Source: a bacterium
GTDB lineage: Bacteria; Bacteroidota; Rhodothermia; Balneolales; M1805
Assembly: GCA_006226965.1 (NCBI GenBank)
Contig: SBGQ01000068.1
Coordinates: 4,445 to 68,444 of the forward strand
DNA: 64,000 nt
Reading direction: 5' to 3'
Shown here: positions 21,521 to 30,206 of the stretch, one piece after another
Layout of the letters: each line of letters opens with the position of its first letter
Numbering within the stretch: the first letter of the stretch is position 1
The notes under the pieces: model-generated
Told to the model about the DNA's origin: nothing
Databases searched by the model: none
What the model saw: the letters and a program-made list of their open reading frames with translations, nothing else
Translations under genes and position numbers: made by a program

Positions 21521-22009
21521 ATGTTACACTTCTTTTCTACTTCAATTTTTGTTTTTGCATTGAGTTTGATTCCAATTGCCAAACAACAAGACTCTAATCA
21601 AACAAAAAACATTGAACAAGTATATATCGGAACTTGGGAAAGTAATTTGACTCAAGTTAAAGTCCGTTCAAAAACGGGTTGGTTTTCTTATGAGTTTACC
21701 AAAGACTCCATCTCCTTAGAACTGACTATTGAAGAACCAATGTTGGCAAAAGGAAAACTGGGTTTAGGAAGTTTTATGCAAGCTAACATCAAGAAAAACA
21801 AAGGAAATGATTCTGTAACAGGAATTCGATACATCTTTGAATGCGGGAATCCCGGAAAACTGTTCGATGCGGATTCTGAAACCGATAAAAAACTGGAATT
21901 GTGGATTAAACCCTTGGTGAAACAAGATACACTTGAAGCTGAATTACGTCTTGCAAGCAGTATGGATAAATTTCCGATGGCTCATTTTATTTTGGTGAAA
22001 AAAAACTAA
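21521..22009 (+). CDS. Hypothetical secreted protein
   Basis: 162 aa with an N-terminal hydrophobic signal (LHFFSTSIFVFALSLIPIA). No recognised domain. Confidence 0.45.
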   Translation: MLHFFSTSIFVFALSLIPIAKQQDSNQTKNIEQVYIGTWESNLTQVKVRSKTGWFSYEFTKDSISLELTIEEPMLAKGKLGLGSFMQANIKKNKGNDSVTGIRYIFECGNPGKLFDADSETDKKLELWIKPLVKQDTLEAELRLASSMDKFPMAHFILVKKN

Positions 22010-22017
22010 GTTCACAC

Positions 22018-22512
22018 ATGCTCATACGTTTTGCTCACCAGTCAGACTTACATCAAATAGACGCCATTTACAATCAGGCAATTCTTGCCGGTGAGCTAAC
22101 CGCTGATTTAAAACCTTGGTCACCGGAAAAACGCTTGCTCTGGTTTGGGGAACATCCTTCCGAAACACATCCGATTTTCGTTGCTTTGGAGGATGATTCC
22201 ATTGCCGGATTTTTATCCGTAAGTCCATATCGAAAAGGACGTGAAGCTCTCAGCAAAACAGTTGAAATCAGTTATTATGTGGATTCAACCCATCGTAGTA
22301 AAGGTATCGCATCGAAACTCTTAGAAGAAGCCGAAACTTTCTGTAAGGCAAAGGCTTACAAAAATATCTTTGCCATTATACTTGAGAGCAATTCGCCCAG
22401 TATTCAACTTTTAAAAAAGTTTGGTTATCAGCAATGGGGGCATTTACCCAATGTGGCTGAATTCAAGGGAAAAGAAGTCGGTCAAGTCTATTTTGGGAAA
22501 CGAATCCTTTAA
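22018..22512 (+). CDS. GNAT family N-acetyltransferase (phosphinothricin-acetyltransferase-like)
   Basis: 164 aa. N-terminal block IYNQAILAGELTADLKPWS...W. Acetyl-CoA motif HRSKGIASKLLEEAE. Confidence 0.8.
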   Translation: MLIRFAHQSDLHQIDAIYNQAILAGELTADLKPWSPEKRLLWFGEHPSETHPIFVALEDDSIAGFLSVSPYRKGREALSKTVEISYYVDSTHRSKGIASKLLEEAETFCKAKAYKNIFAIILESNSPSIQLLKKFGYQQWGHLPNVAEFKGKEVGQVYFGKRIL

Positions 22513-22565
22513 CAATTCAAGCTTAAAATCACTATTATCTATCGGACAATAACATAGGTGTTCGT

Positions 22566-24509
22566 ATGAAATATGGTTTATCTCTTTTTATCAGTTTGAT
22601 TCTCGTTTCTCCGGCTTTTTCGCAATTAATCGTTCCTAAAATATTCGGGAATCATATGGTTTTACAACGTGATGCTCAGGTTGAGGTCTGGGGGAAAGCA
22701 TCTCCAAAAGAAAAAATAACCGTTCAGATTCATAAACAAAAAATTAGCACAAAAGCTGATAAAAACGGGAATTGGACTGTTTCTTTGAAACCTGAATTGC
22801 AAGGCGGACCGTTTACATTAGACATCAAAGGAAAAAAAGAATCGTTGCATTTTGAGGATGTGTATTTCGGTGATGTTTGGCTGGCAAGTGGTCAATCGAA
22901 TATGGAGTGGTCGGTTAATTTGTCGATGAACGCTAAAGAAGAAATCAAAAACGCAGACTTTCCGCTGATTCGTCATATTAAAGTAGAACATGTTATTTCT
23001 TCCATCCCTTTAGATGATATTCAGACAAATGGCTGGAATACAGCGGATTCCGGCTCTGTGGGACAGTTTTCTGCGGTTGCTTACTTTTTTGCGCGAGAAA
23101 TTCATCAAAAAACAGGAGTGCCGATTGGAATTATTAACTCCAACTGGGGCGGAACCAATATCGAAACTTGGATTAGCAGAGAGGGTTTTGAGTCAACCGA
23201 TACATTCAAAGAAATGATTAAGTCCATGCCTAAGGTTGATTTGGATTCCTTGGGCAAAATTAGAGTTTCCAAAACAGCAAAGCGTATAGAAGCCTTGCAG
23301 GGAAGTCCCTTAGCTCCGTTAAACGGTTTTGAGATTTCGAAATCCAACCAACAGGATTGGCCGGAAGTATTTATGCCGCAATTGTGGGAAGAACAATCTA
23401 TCGGAGATTTAGACGGGATTGTTTGGTTACAAACACAATTTGAGCTCAATCAAATACCGAGCGATTCAGTAATCTTGCATTTAGGTATGATTGATGATGA
23501 CGACAGCACCTTTGTAAACGGACATTTTGTAGGCGCTACCATTGGCTGGAATAAAACACGAACCTATGCAATTCCCGATTCCATCTTGAAAACGGGAATG
23601 AATCAACTCACGATAAAAGTGGCAGATTCTCAAGGCGGAGGAGGTTTGTACAGCCCTAAAGAAGAAGTAGGAATAGAGATTGGAAACCAATGGTTGAGTC
23701 TGGCAGGAAACTGGAAATTTCATGTGAGTGATGTCATTTTAAGAAACAGCGTAAATGCTTTTCCGTCATTGGCTTACAATGGAATGATTGCACCGATTAT
23801 ACCTTTCCAGACAACCGGAATAATATGGTATCAGGGAGAATCCAATGCATCACGAGCGTATGAATATCGTGAATCGTTTCCTTTGTTGATTTCTGATTGG
23901 AGAACTCGCTGGAATAAACCGGAATGGCCGTTTTATTTTGTACAGTTGGCTACATTCGAAACGGTAGGCAATAGTACTTCGGGTAGTGCTTGGGCGGAAT
24001 TACGTGAGGCTCAAACCATGACTTTATCAGTTCCGAACACAGGAATGGTGGTTACTACTGATGTCGGAAATCCGAAAGATATTCACCCTACAAATAAACA
24101 AACCGTTGGGAAACGATTAGCTGCACAAGCTTTACATGATGTATATCAGCAAAAACAAGTGCATACAGGACCAATGTATTCAGGCATGGAAATTCAGGGA
24201 AATACGATTGTAGTATCTTTTAATGATGTCGGTTCAGGATTAATGACGCCCAATAAATACGGTTATGTAATGGGTTTCGAAATTGCCGGAGAAGACGGAG
24301 TGTTCAAATTCGCTAAAGCCTATATTAAAGGCGATAAAGTGATAGTGTATCATCCGGAAATAGAACATCCAAAGGTTGTTCATTTTGGCTGGTCAGGTAA
24401 TGCAGAGGATTGCAATTTGTATAATATGGAAGGATTTCCCGCCGTTCCGTTCCGAACAAATGAAGTAAAAACGGTTACAAAAGATGCTAAGTATCAGATG
24501 GGTTGGTAA
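22566..24509 (+). CDS. Sialate O-acetylesterase family (SASA/DUF303) secreted esterase
   Basis: 647 aa with a signal peptide. Nucleophile block GDVWLASGQSNMEW. Other blocks: NSNWGGTNIETW and GIIWYQGESN. A central galactose-binding-like insert is present. Confidence 0.8.
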   Translation: MKYGLSLFISLILVSPAFSQLIVPKIFGNHMVLQRDAQVEVWGKASPKEKITVQIHKQKISTKADKNGNWTVSLKPELQGGPFTLDIKGKKESLHFEDVYFGDVWLASGQSNMEWSVNLSMNAKEEIKNADFPLIRHIKVEHVISSIPLDDIQTNGWNTADSGSVGQFSAVAYFFAREIHQKTGVPIGIINSNWGGTNIETWISREGFESTDTFKEMIKSMPKVDLDSLGKIRVSKTAKRIEALQGSPLAPLNGFEISKSNQQDWPEVFMPQLWEEQSIGDLDGIVWLQTQFELNQIPSDSVILHLGMIDDDDSTFVNGHFVGATIGWNKTRTYAIPDSILKTGMNQLTIKVADSQGGGGLYSPKEEVGIEIGNQWLSLAGNWKFHVSDVILRNSVNAFPSLAYNGMIAPIIPFQTTGIIWYQGESNASRAYEYRESFPLLISDWRTRWNKPEWPFYFVQLATFETVGNSTSGSAWAELREAQTMTLSVPNTGMVVTTDVGNPKDIHPTNKQTVGKRLAAQALHDVYQQKQVHTGPMYSGMEIQGNTIVVSFNDVGSGLMTPNKYGYVMGFEIAGEDGVFKFAKAYIKGDKVIVYHPEIEHPKVVHFGWSGNAEDCNLYNMEGFPAVPFRTNEVKTVTKDAKYQMGW

Positions 24510-24550
24510 TTTTTGTCTTACCCTTGCAATTCTGCGCGTGGGAAGCACAG

Positions 24551-24622
24551 ACCAAGTATAGATTTGCTTCAATACACATGTATTCAAGTGATACTCAGAT
24601 TGTGTTTTGCGCTACAAGTATG
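24551..24622 (-). repeat. Degenerate single copy of the dispersed hairpin element (locus D)
   Basis: ACCAAGTA...GCTTCAATACACATGTATTCAAGTGATACTCAGATTGTGTTTTGCGCTACAAG aligns by eye at about 65-70% to the 39311 and 28141 copies. Shared parts are the ACCAAGT start, the CAGATT box and a weakened hairpin. Confidence 0.4.
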
Positions 24623-24630
24623 TAGTTGAA

Positions 24631-25620
24631 TCAAAAAATGAAATCCAGTTTCTTTGCCATCACTTCATCTGAAAAATAACTCTTCACCAAATCGTACATC
24701 GCAGAAACTGTTTCATCATGATAAGACAAAGCACCGTCTTTAATCACGTAGGAATCAAAAAGGAGAGATGTATCTTTTCGTTGCTGTTTCATTCGTTTTA
24801 AGAAAGCGTGATTCATGCGAAACGTACCGACTGAAATATCTTTTACTTTCTGTAAATCAATGGAATGAGAAAGATGTAGTAAAAATTCCTGATATACGGA
24901 TTCCCAGTTTGGAACGCGCAACATCGGATCAATACACAATCGAATCGGCCAACCGGCGTCCATTGCTGTTTGAATGGCCTTAAGCCTTGCTTGCAAGGAG
25001 GCGGTTTTCTTTTCGTGTAAATCGATAACAGATTGTGGCGAAAGTGACCATGCTAAAACGGTTCGTGAATTGGGTTTTAAACCTTTTATAGCAGATATAT
25101 TCGCCGATTTTGTACGCAACTCGATACTTAAACGAGGTTCTTGTTCTGTAAATTCAATCCACGGGCGCGCAAAGCCGAATAAGCCTTCAAAGGCCAATAA
25201 ATCGGTATCGTAAGAGAGGGCCAGATACATGTTTTCCTGAGTTTTATCCAACTCCTCAACTAAAGCCTTTCTAAAATCGTCCTGATTCACAAAAACAACG
25301 ACATGCGCAGAGGGAAATAAACCTTGCAGATAACAATAATCGCAGTCGTAAATGCAGTTGAGCATCACCGCATTATAATAAAAAGCTCCGCTTCCAAAAC
25401 TAGGTGTATAACCGCTCCCGGCGTACAGAAATGTATCTTTTCGTTCTGCTAAAATGAGCGCTTGATGTTCTTTTTGAAACCGCCAATCTTGTCCTGAACG
25501 GTTAAATACATCTTTGTAATGCTCTATGATGATACGCTCAGAATTCGGAAAGCGATCCAAAATCTGTTTGGTTTGATGGTGTTCTAAAACGGATTCTTCT
25601 ATGTAGATTCGAGAAAACAT
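24631..25620 (-). CDS. Spore-photoproduct-lyase-family radical SAM protein (SplB-like)
   Basis: 329 aa. The radical SAM cluster motif is C-IYD-C-DY-C-YLQG (compare CMGHCHYCYLQ of Bacillus SPL). The N-terminus IYIEESVLEHHQTKQILDRF parallels the SPL N-terminus. The gap to the upstream gene is 3 bp. Confidence 0.8.
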   Translation of the reverse strand: MFSRIYIEESVLEHHQTKQILDRFPNSERIIIEHYKDVFNRSGQDWRFQKEHQALILAERKDTFLYAGSGYTPSFGSGAFYYNAVMLNCIYDCDYCYLQGLFPSAHVVVFVNQDDFRKALVEELDKTQENMYLALSYDTDLLAFEGLFGFARPWIEFTEQEPRLSIELRTKSANISAIKGLKPNSRTVLAWSLSPQSVIDLHEKKTASLQARLKAIQTAMDAGWPIRLCIDPMLRVPNWESVYQEFLLHLSHSIDLQKVKDISVGTFRMNHAFLKRMKQQRKDTSLLFDSYVIKDGALSYHDETVSAMYDLVKSYFSDEVMAKKLDFIF

Positions 25621-25623
25621 GGC

Positions 25624-26436
25624 CTAGTTTATTAAGCGTTTAGAAAGGTTTTCAATAATTACATCCCGTTCAGATGGTTTACCGGAATACGTTGAAAAAT
25701 CGGGTTCTGGTAAACCTGACGTAGTTTTTCTGAGTAAATAAAACCGTGCAAAATTGTGAAGAGAACGTCGTTGAGTTAATGTGATGGGTATGTTTTGCTC
25801 TAATAAAACAAGCCAGTTTTCAATTTCTGTATCATGAGGATTACAAGTATTCCCCCAATTTTTTTGATTCAAAAAAGCATCAATTTCATTCAATTGAGAA
25901 GAAATTAACTCACTAATAAACTCTTTACCCAACCAAATTCCTTCCAGTTTATCAGAAACAATCTTTAAACACTCGATTTGATTTACGTCTAAAAACAAAC
26001 TCGCCGCTGTAAATAAACCGGCAGATTCCATATCAACAAGAGAAAATCGTTCGGACAATTGTTGGGCATCTGTGAGCGGTTCATCAACACATAAAATCCC
26101 CGTTTGTTGAAATCCTTTAATGGGTTCAGCTTCCGGGTAAAAACAGGCTTTATTTGATGCTTGTTTGATTTGATTGATGCGAAACAGGGAACCGTTTTTG
26201 TGAATGGCACTCCCGGCAATTCCGATATTTAACACGCCCTTTATATCAAAATCTGGCTGACTCAAAACAGCCGAAGTAACTGCACTCGCTTTGGTTACAC
26301 AGACTCCCGTTACAGCTAACAACAGCTCATTATTTCTATACAGCTGAATCCGTTTGAATCGTGCATCATGTTTCAATTTGAAATGGGTGAGAAGCGGTTG
26401 TGCTTCAGCTTGTAAGGCCGTAGTGATTAAAATCAT
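25624..26436 (-). CDS. Phosphorylase-superfamily (PNP/UDP, MTA/SAH-nucleosidase-like) protein with an extra C-terminal domain
   Basis: 270 aa. The N-terminus MILITTALQAEAQPL, GIAGS and the VDMESAG block are characteristic of nucleosidase/phosphorylase family 1. About 80 extra C-terminal residues have no recognised similarity. Confidence 0.6.
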   Translation of the reverse strand: MILITTALQAEAQPLLTHFKLKHDARFKRIQLYRNNELLLAVTGVCVTKASAVTSAVLSQPDFDIKGVLNIGIAGSAIHKNGSLFRINQIKQASNKACFYPEAEPIKGFQQTGILCVDEPLTDAQQLSERFSLVDMESAGLFTAASLFLDVNQIECLKIVSDKLEGIWLGKEFISELISSQLNEIDAFLNQKNWGNTCNPHDTEIENWLVLLEQNIPITLTQRRSLHNFARFYLLRKTTSGLPEPDFSTYSGKPSERDVIIENLSKRLIN

Positions 26437-26553
26437 GCCTCAAAAATAGAAATAAACTCTAATCGGTTCTGGGGAAATCGAAAAACCTCAACAGATGCAA
26501 GAAAAATAATCTACATACTAAAACAGTTTCTGATGGCTAAGCAAGGAAACGCA

Positions 26554-28020
26554 CTACATAATAGTCTTTAAAACATCTTTGTAATCTAAATCCGGATGGC
26601 TAAAGTTAACATCGGAGATTTGTTTGAACTCGGTATCAACATACGATTTCAGTTTTGGGGGCAAGACTAAGTCGCTATTTCTTAGATGCAAGGCTCTTAA
26701 TACCATAACCTTAAAAACTCTAATTACCCAATCAAAACGTTCGCCAAGTTCACGAGCATTATGTGCGGCATTAGCGCTCATACTTACAATATCTTGATTA
26801 TCTGCATTCGTAGGTATGCTACTTAAACTGTGATTTACAGCTCGCGTACGCATATCAGCCGTTAATGATGTTAATAACAATTGTAATCCTTGCAGACCAC
26901 TATTTAGCCCAACAGGAGCATCAGCAAGAAATGCAGGGAGTCCATTATTTAATTTGGCGTGTGTGATTCGGTTTACAATCCGTTCTAATAAAATGGAAAT
27001 ATGAGTTAATGCCTGTGCTAGTTGGTCGGCGGCTAAAGCTATATAGGTTCCCTGAAAGTTGGCTGCGTGTAAAATCAATTCCTCATCATGAAAAAATAAA
27101 GGGTTATCATCTACCGCATTCAATTCTGTGTTAAGTAATTGTTCTGCCTGAGATAATCGCTCAATAGCTGTTCCCATCCATAAAACAACGGAACGCGATG
27201 AATAGGGCGGTTGAGGTGTACCGTGTGATTCCTCCGGTTTTAACGGACTTAACCAATCACGCAGTTTTGCAGCAGTTGTGAGCGCTGACTCATGTGCTTT
27301 TACGGAATACACTAACTCTGATAGATGTTGGATGGAGTCGTTAAAAATAAAGTACTGCAATGCAATTAAAGGGAACACCTCGTCGTGCAAAATAGAAACG
27401 GTTTTCAAATAGGTTTCGACTGTTATTCCCAATGAATAACTCGTACCGTTTACAAGAGCCAAGCCTTCTTTTTCTTTAAGTTGATATACGGGCAAATCGC
27501 TGTAACTATTTAATTGCGAAGCTTTTGCAAGTTCATGTTCATTAATCCAAAAATCATCTTTGCCGACTAACATACGAGCCAATGAGGCTAACGGTACTAA
27601 GTCACCCGATGCACCCACAGAGCCAAATTGATAAAAAACCGGAGCGAAGCCAAGATTATATAATGAAATCATGTAGTTGATGAGTTCAAGACTTACGCCT
27701 GAACGGGCCTGACTCAAGGCATGAATTCGAATTAAGAAAATGAGTCTGGAAACAGAATAGGAAAGTTTGGGGCCTGTAGCGCCGCTTAATTGTTGGAGTA
27801 GATTTGTTTGATGCTGAAGGAGTTCTTCTTTTGGTATTGATTCGGATACAAGCGGGCCAAATCCTGTGTTAATGCCATAAATTGAGGCCTTATCTGTAAG
27901 TGATTTCTCAATAAATAACCTGTTTTGAATAATCTCATTCTTTTTCTTCGATGATAGTTTGATGGCAGGAATAGCATTAGAAAGTGAATGTAAGGATAGG
28001 CTATTGTCTAGTGAATACAT
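26554..28020 (-). CDS. MIO-dependent aromatic amino-acid/histidine ammonia-lyase family enzyme
   Basis: 488 aa. MIO-forming triad in GSVGASGDLVPLA. Also the YGINTGFG block and NGTS, QDIVSMS motifs of the HAL/PAL/TAL fold. Confidence 0.85.
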   Translation of the reverse strand: MYSLDNSLSLHSLSNAIPAIKLSSKKKNEIIQNRLFIEKSLTDKASIYGINTGFGPLVSESIPKEELLQHQTNLLQQLSGATGPKLSYSVSRLIFLIRIHALSQARSGVSLELINYMISLYNLGFAPVFYQFGSVGASGDLVPLASLARMLVGKDDFWINEHELAKASQLNSYSDLPVYQLKEKEGLALVNGTSYSLGITVETYLKTVSILHDEVFPLIALQYFIFNDSIQHLSELVYSVKAHESALTTAAKLRDWLSPLKPEESHGTPQPPYSSRSVVLWMGTAIERLSQAEQLLNTELNAVDDNPLFFHDEELILHAANFQGTYIALAADQLAQALTHISILLERIVNRITHAKLNNGLPAFLADAPVGLNSGLQGLQLLLTSLTADMRTRAVNHSLSSIPTNADNQDIVSMSANAAHNARELGERFDWVIRVFKVMVLRALHLRNSDLVLPPKLKSYVDTEFKQISDVNFSHPDLDYKDVLKTIM

Positions 28021-28140
28021 GATATTTGGCGTGTAATTTTACGGTTCAAGACAATAAACAGGAGTAAATCGTTCCTTAAAACGAATTTGTTTTATTGTGA
28101 TGCCATTGAAAAATTGAATGTAGGAAGTAGATACAAATCA

Positions 28141-28325
28141 TAAATACGCCTAGCTAAACACATACTCATGAGATTCCCAGATTGCGGTTTTCACCGCAAT
28201 GACTTGAAAAGTAGGTCTTGCCGTTGAAAAACAGTATCTAAGAAACAACAACCAAGTTTTTAATGGATACGTTTCATTTATATGTACTCAGGCTTGCACC
28301 GCATCAACGGAGAAATTGCATCAAA
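28141..28325 (-). repeat. Dispersed hairpin element, one good and one degenerate tandem copy (locus A)
   Basis: Copy 1 (28141-28203) reads AAATACGCCTAGCTAAACACATACTCATGAGATTCCCAGATTGCGGTTTTCACCGCAATGAC. Copy 2 (28251-28325) starts ACCAAGTTTTTAATGGATACGTTTCATTTATATGTACTCAGG. The spacing is about 123 bp. Confidence 0.7.
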
Positions 28326-28335
28326 CGCTGATAAA

Positions 28336-30027
28336 TTACTGATTACGTTTCGAAATAATCTGTTGCAATAAAGCCGTATTTATAGTCACATCAGCTTTTT
28401 TATACTGTTCAGGTAAACAATACTTATGAGTTAGTGCGGATAAACTTGAGTTGGTGTCATTTATAAGTCGATCACCAAGAGCTTCTTCTTTAATAGGAAT
28501 AATCTTTCTGGAAACAGGAGCTATCAACATATACAGGGAACCTTCTTTATAAGGGCCGGCAAAAACCTGATTTTTCTGAGGTTCATCCATTGGCAGGTAA
28601 TGCTCGGGTTTACCTTCAGTCTCTGAAACTTTGGACGTTGTGGTTCTGTTTTCAAGCGTATAATCATCTTTAAATAAAGGGATTATACTCGTGAAATAAC
28701 GTTCCTTTTGCCATAATTTAATTAGTTCAGCCACTTTCGATGAATCAGAAAACAAATAAGCATGGTACGTAGAAGAGACAGAATCAGGGTAACGCTGTTC
28801 TTTATAGGACTCATAAAAATCATGTGCGAGTTTTTGTTTATCTAATAACGGTGTCTGATATCGAAGATGAGCATAATACAGAGTTTCAAAACGTGCATCG
28901 TCTTGTTCTTTAACGACTTCCTGATTCTTCATATACCCATTTTTCTTGGCTAAATCTGTAATTAAGATGTTCTTCAACCAATAGGAAAGTGCCTGTTGAG
29001 GTTCATATTCAATCAACTCACTTGGAATGGTATGAACGGCTTGCAAAAATTGCTCAACCGGAAGCGACTTGCCGTTCAATACAGCTATTTCTGATGCAGC
29101 AGTATCTGTTTTTGCTATTCTGCCTGCTGCTTTTCGTAAAAGAACTTTATGAGCTTCAATCGGTTGTTTTTTTATCACTTGTTGAAAAGAAGTAATAACA
29201 GCTTGGAATAGGGCATCACGAATAACTACTTGTTGTTCGGCATATAACGAATCAATAAAGAACTGTGTCGATTCTTCCAACTTACGACGGAATACATCCA
29301 GTAATAGTTGTTCTCTGTTATTTTTATACTGCTCAACATGTACTCGTTCTGTTTCTAAAATGTCGGTTGCTTTGAATATATGCCAACCTTTTGTGGACTT
29401 TACAGGTTTAGAATAACTTCCTTTCTTCAGGTTAAACGCAGTGATTTCTGCACTTAAATCAATCATTCCGTATCGAACCCAACCTAATTTATAAGAGGTG
29501 TCAGAAGCGGCAGAACTGTACAGGCTCAGGGATTGTTTTGCCACTTTTTCAAAAGATGCGCCTTTTTGAAGCTCTTTATAATAAGCGTCAATCTGAGTTT
29601 GAGTAGGTGCAAAAATTTGTTCCAATCTCATTGCCGTGTATATGCGTTTAAATGCTTGTCTAATTTCATTTTCAACAGGTTGTTGAACTCTTTCATCCAT
29701 AAAATGACGCATATACACTTGTCTTAGGGTGTTTTCTGTTTTTTGGATGATATCAGATTGAACTTCGAATAAGGTATCTAATCCCAATTCTTGAGCTTTT
29801 TGTGCTATGATTTTACGCTCTAATTCGTATTCGGCGAACTTTGCTCTTAATTCAGGAGTATCTTTTCGGCGTTCTTTTAACACATAATTGATATAAGACT
29901 GAGTAAACTTATCGGCTGTAAGGGAATATCCATTCCACGAAGCCACCGCCTCATTGTTTTTTTTCTTTTCAGAGCAACTAAATAGTATGGGGATTAGAAC
30001 AAGAAGAAGTAATAAACGAAGTTTCAT
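28336..30027 (-). CDS. Peptidyl-prolyl cis-trans isomerase, parvulin/SurA-like lipoprotein
   Basis: 563 aa. Lipobox LFSC|SEKK. The PpiC-type rotamase core is around FEKVAKQSLS...GWVRYG...SKPVKSTKGWHIFKATD. Confidence 0.75.
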   Translation of the reverse strand: MKLRLLLLLVLIPILFSCSEKKKNNEAVASWNGYSLTADKFTQSYINYVLKERRKDTPELRAKFAEYELERKIIAQKAQELGLDTLFEVQSDIIQKTENTLRQVYMRHFMDERVQQPVENEIRQAFKRIYTAMRLEQIFAPTQTQIDAYYKELQKGASFEKVAKQSLSLYSSAASDTSYKLGWVRYGMIDLSAEITAFNLKKGSYSKPVKSTKGWHIFKATDILETERVHVEQYKNNREQLLLDVFRRKLEESTQFFIDSLYAEQQVVIRDALFQAVITSFQQVIKKQPIEAHKVLLRKAAGRIAKTDTAASEIAVLNGKSLPVEQFLQAVHTIPSELIEYEPQQALSYWLKNILITDLAKKNGYMKNQEVVKEQDDARFETLYYAHLRYQTPLLDKQKLAHDFYESYKEQRYPDSVSSTYHAYLFSDSSKVAELIKLWQKERYFTSIIPLFKDDYTLENRTTTSKVSETEGKPEHYLPMDEPQKNQVFAGPYKEGSLYMLIAPVSRKIIPIKEEALGDRLINDTNSSLSALTHKYCLPEQYKKADVTINTALLQQIISKRNQ

Positions 30028-30191
30028 TTCAGGTTTTTTAAGATTCAGCCAAAAATAGAGATTTTGTTAGATTGATAGTTCTGAATTATTACTAAAAATA
30101 ATTCGTGTACAATAACATGTATTTAAAAGTGAATTAAGCAGATACGATATCACAGATATTTGTAAAAGTGAAAATGCCACAAAATGTCATT

Positions 30192-30206
30192 TCCACAATC
30201 TGTGGA
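30192..30206. promoter_or_regulatory. Perfect palindrome TCCACA-atc-TGTGGA in the long nrdJ upstream region (candidate operator)
   Basis: The palindrome is seen directly. Related half-sites are GCCACA at 30176 and TGTGGA at 30406. No regulator is assigned. Confidence 0.25.

Noticed and set aside
26554-28020. Annotating the lyase as HutH of the histidine-utilisation pathway
   Set aside because: No hutU/hutI/hutG genes are nearby, and the apparent switch residues are not Ser-His. It is kept as a generic MIO-dependent ammonia-lyase.
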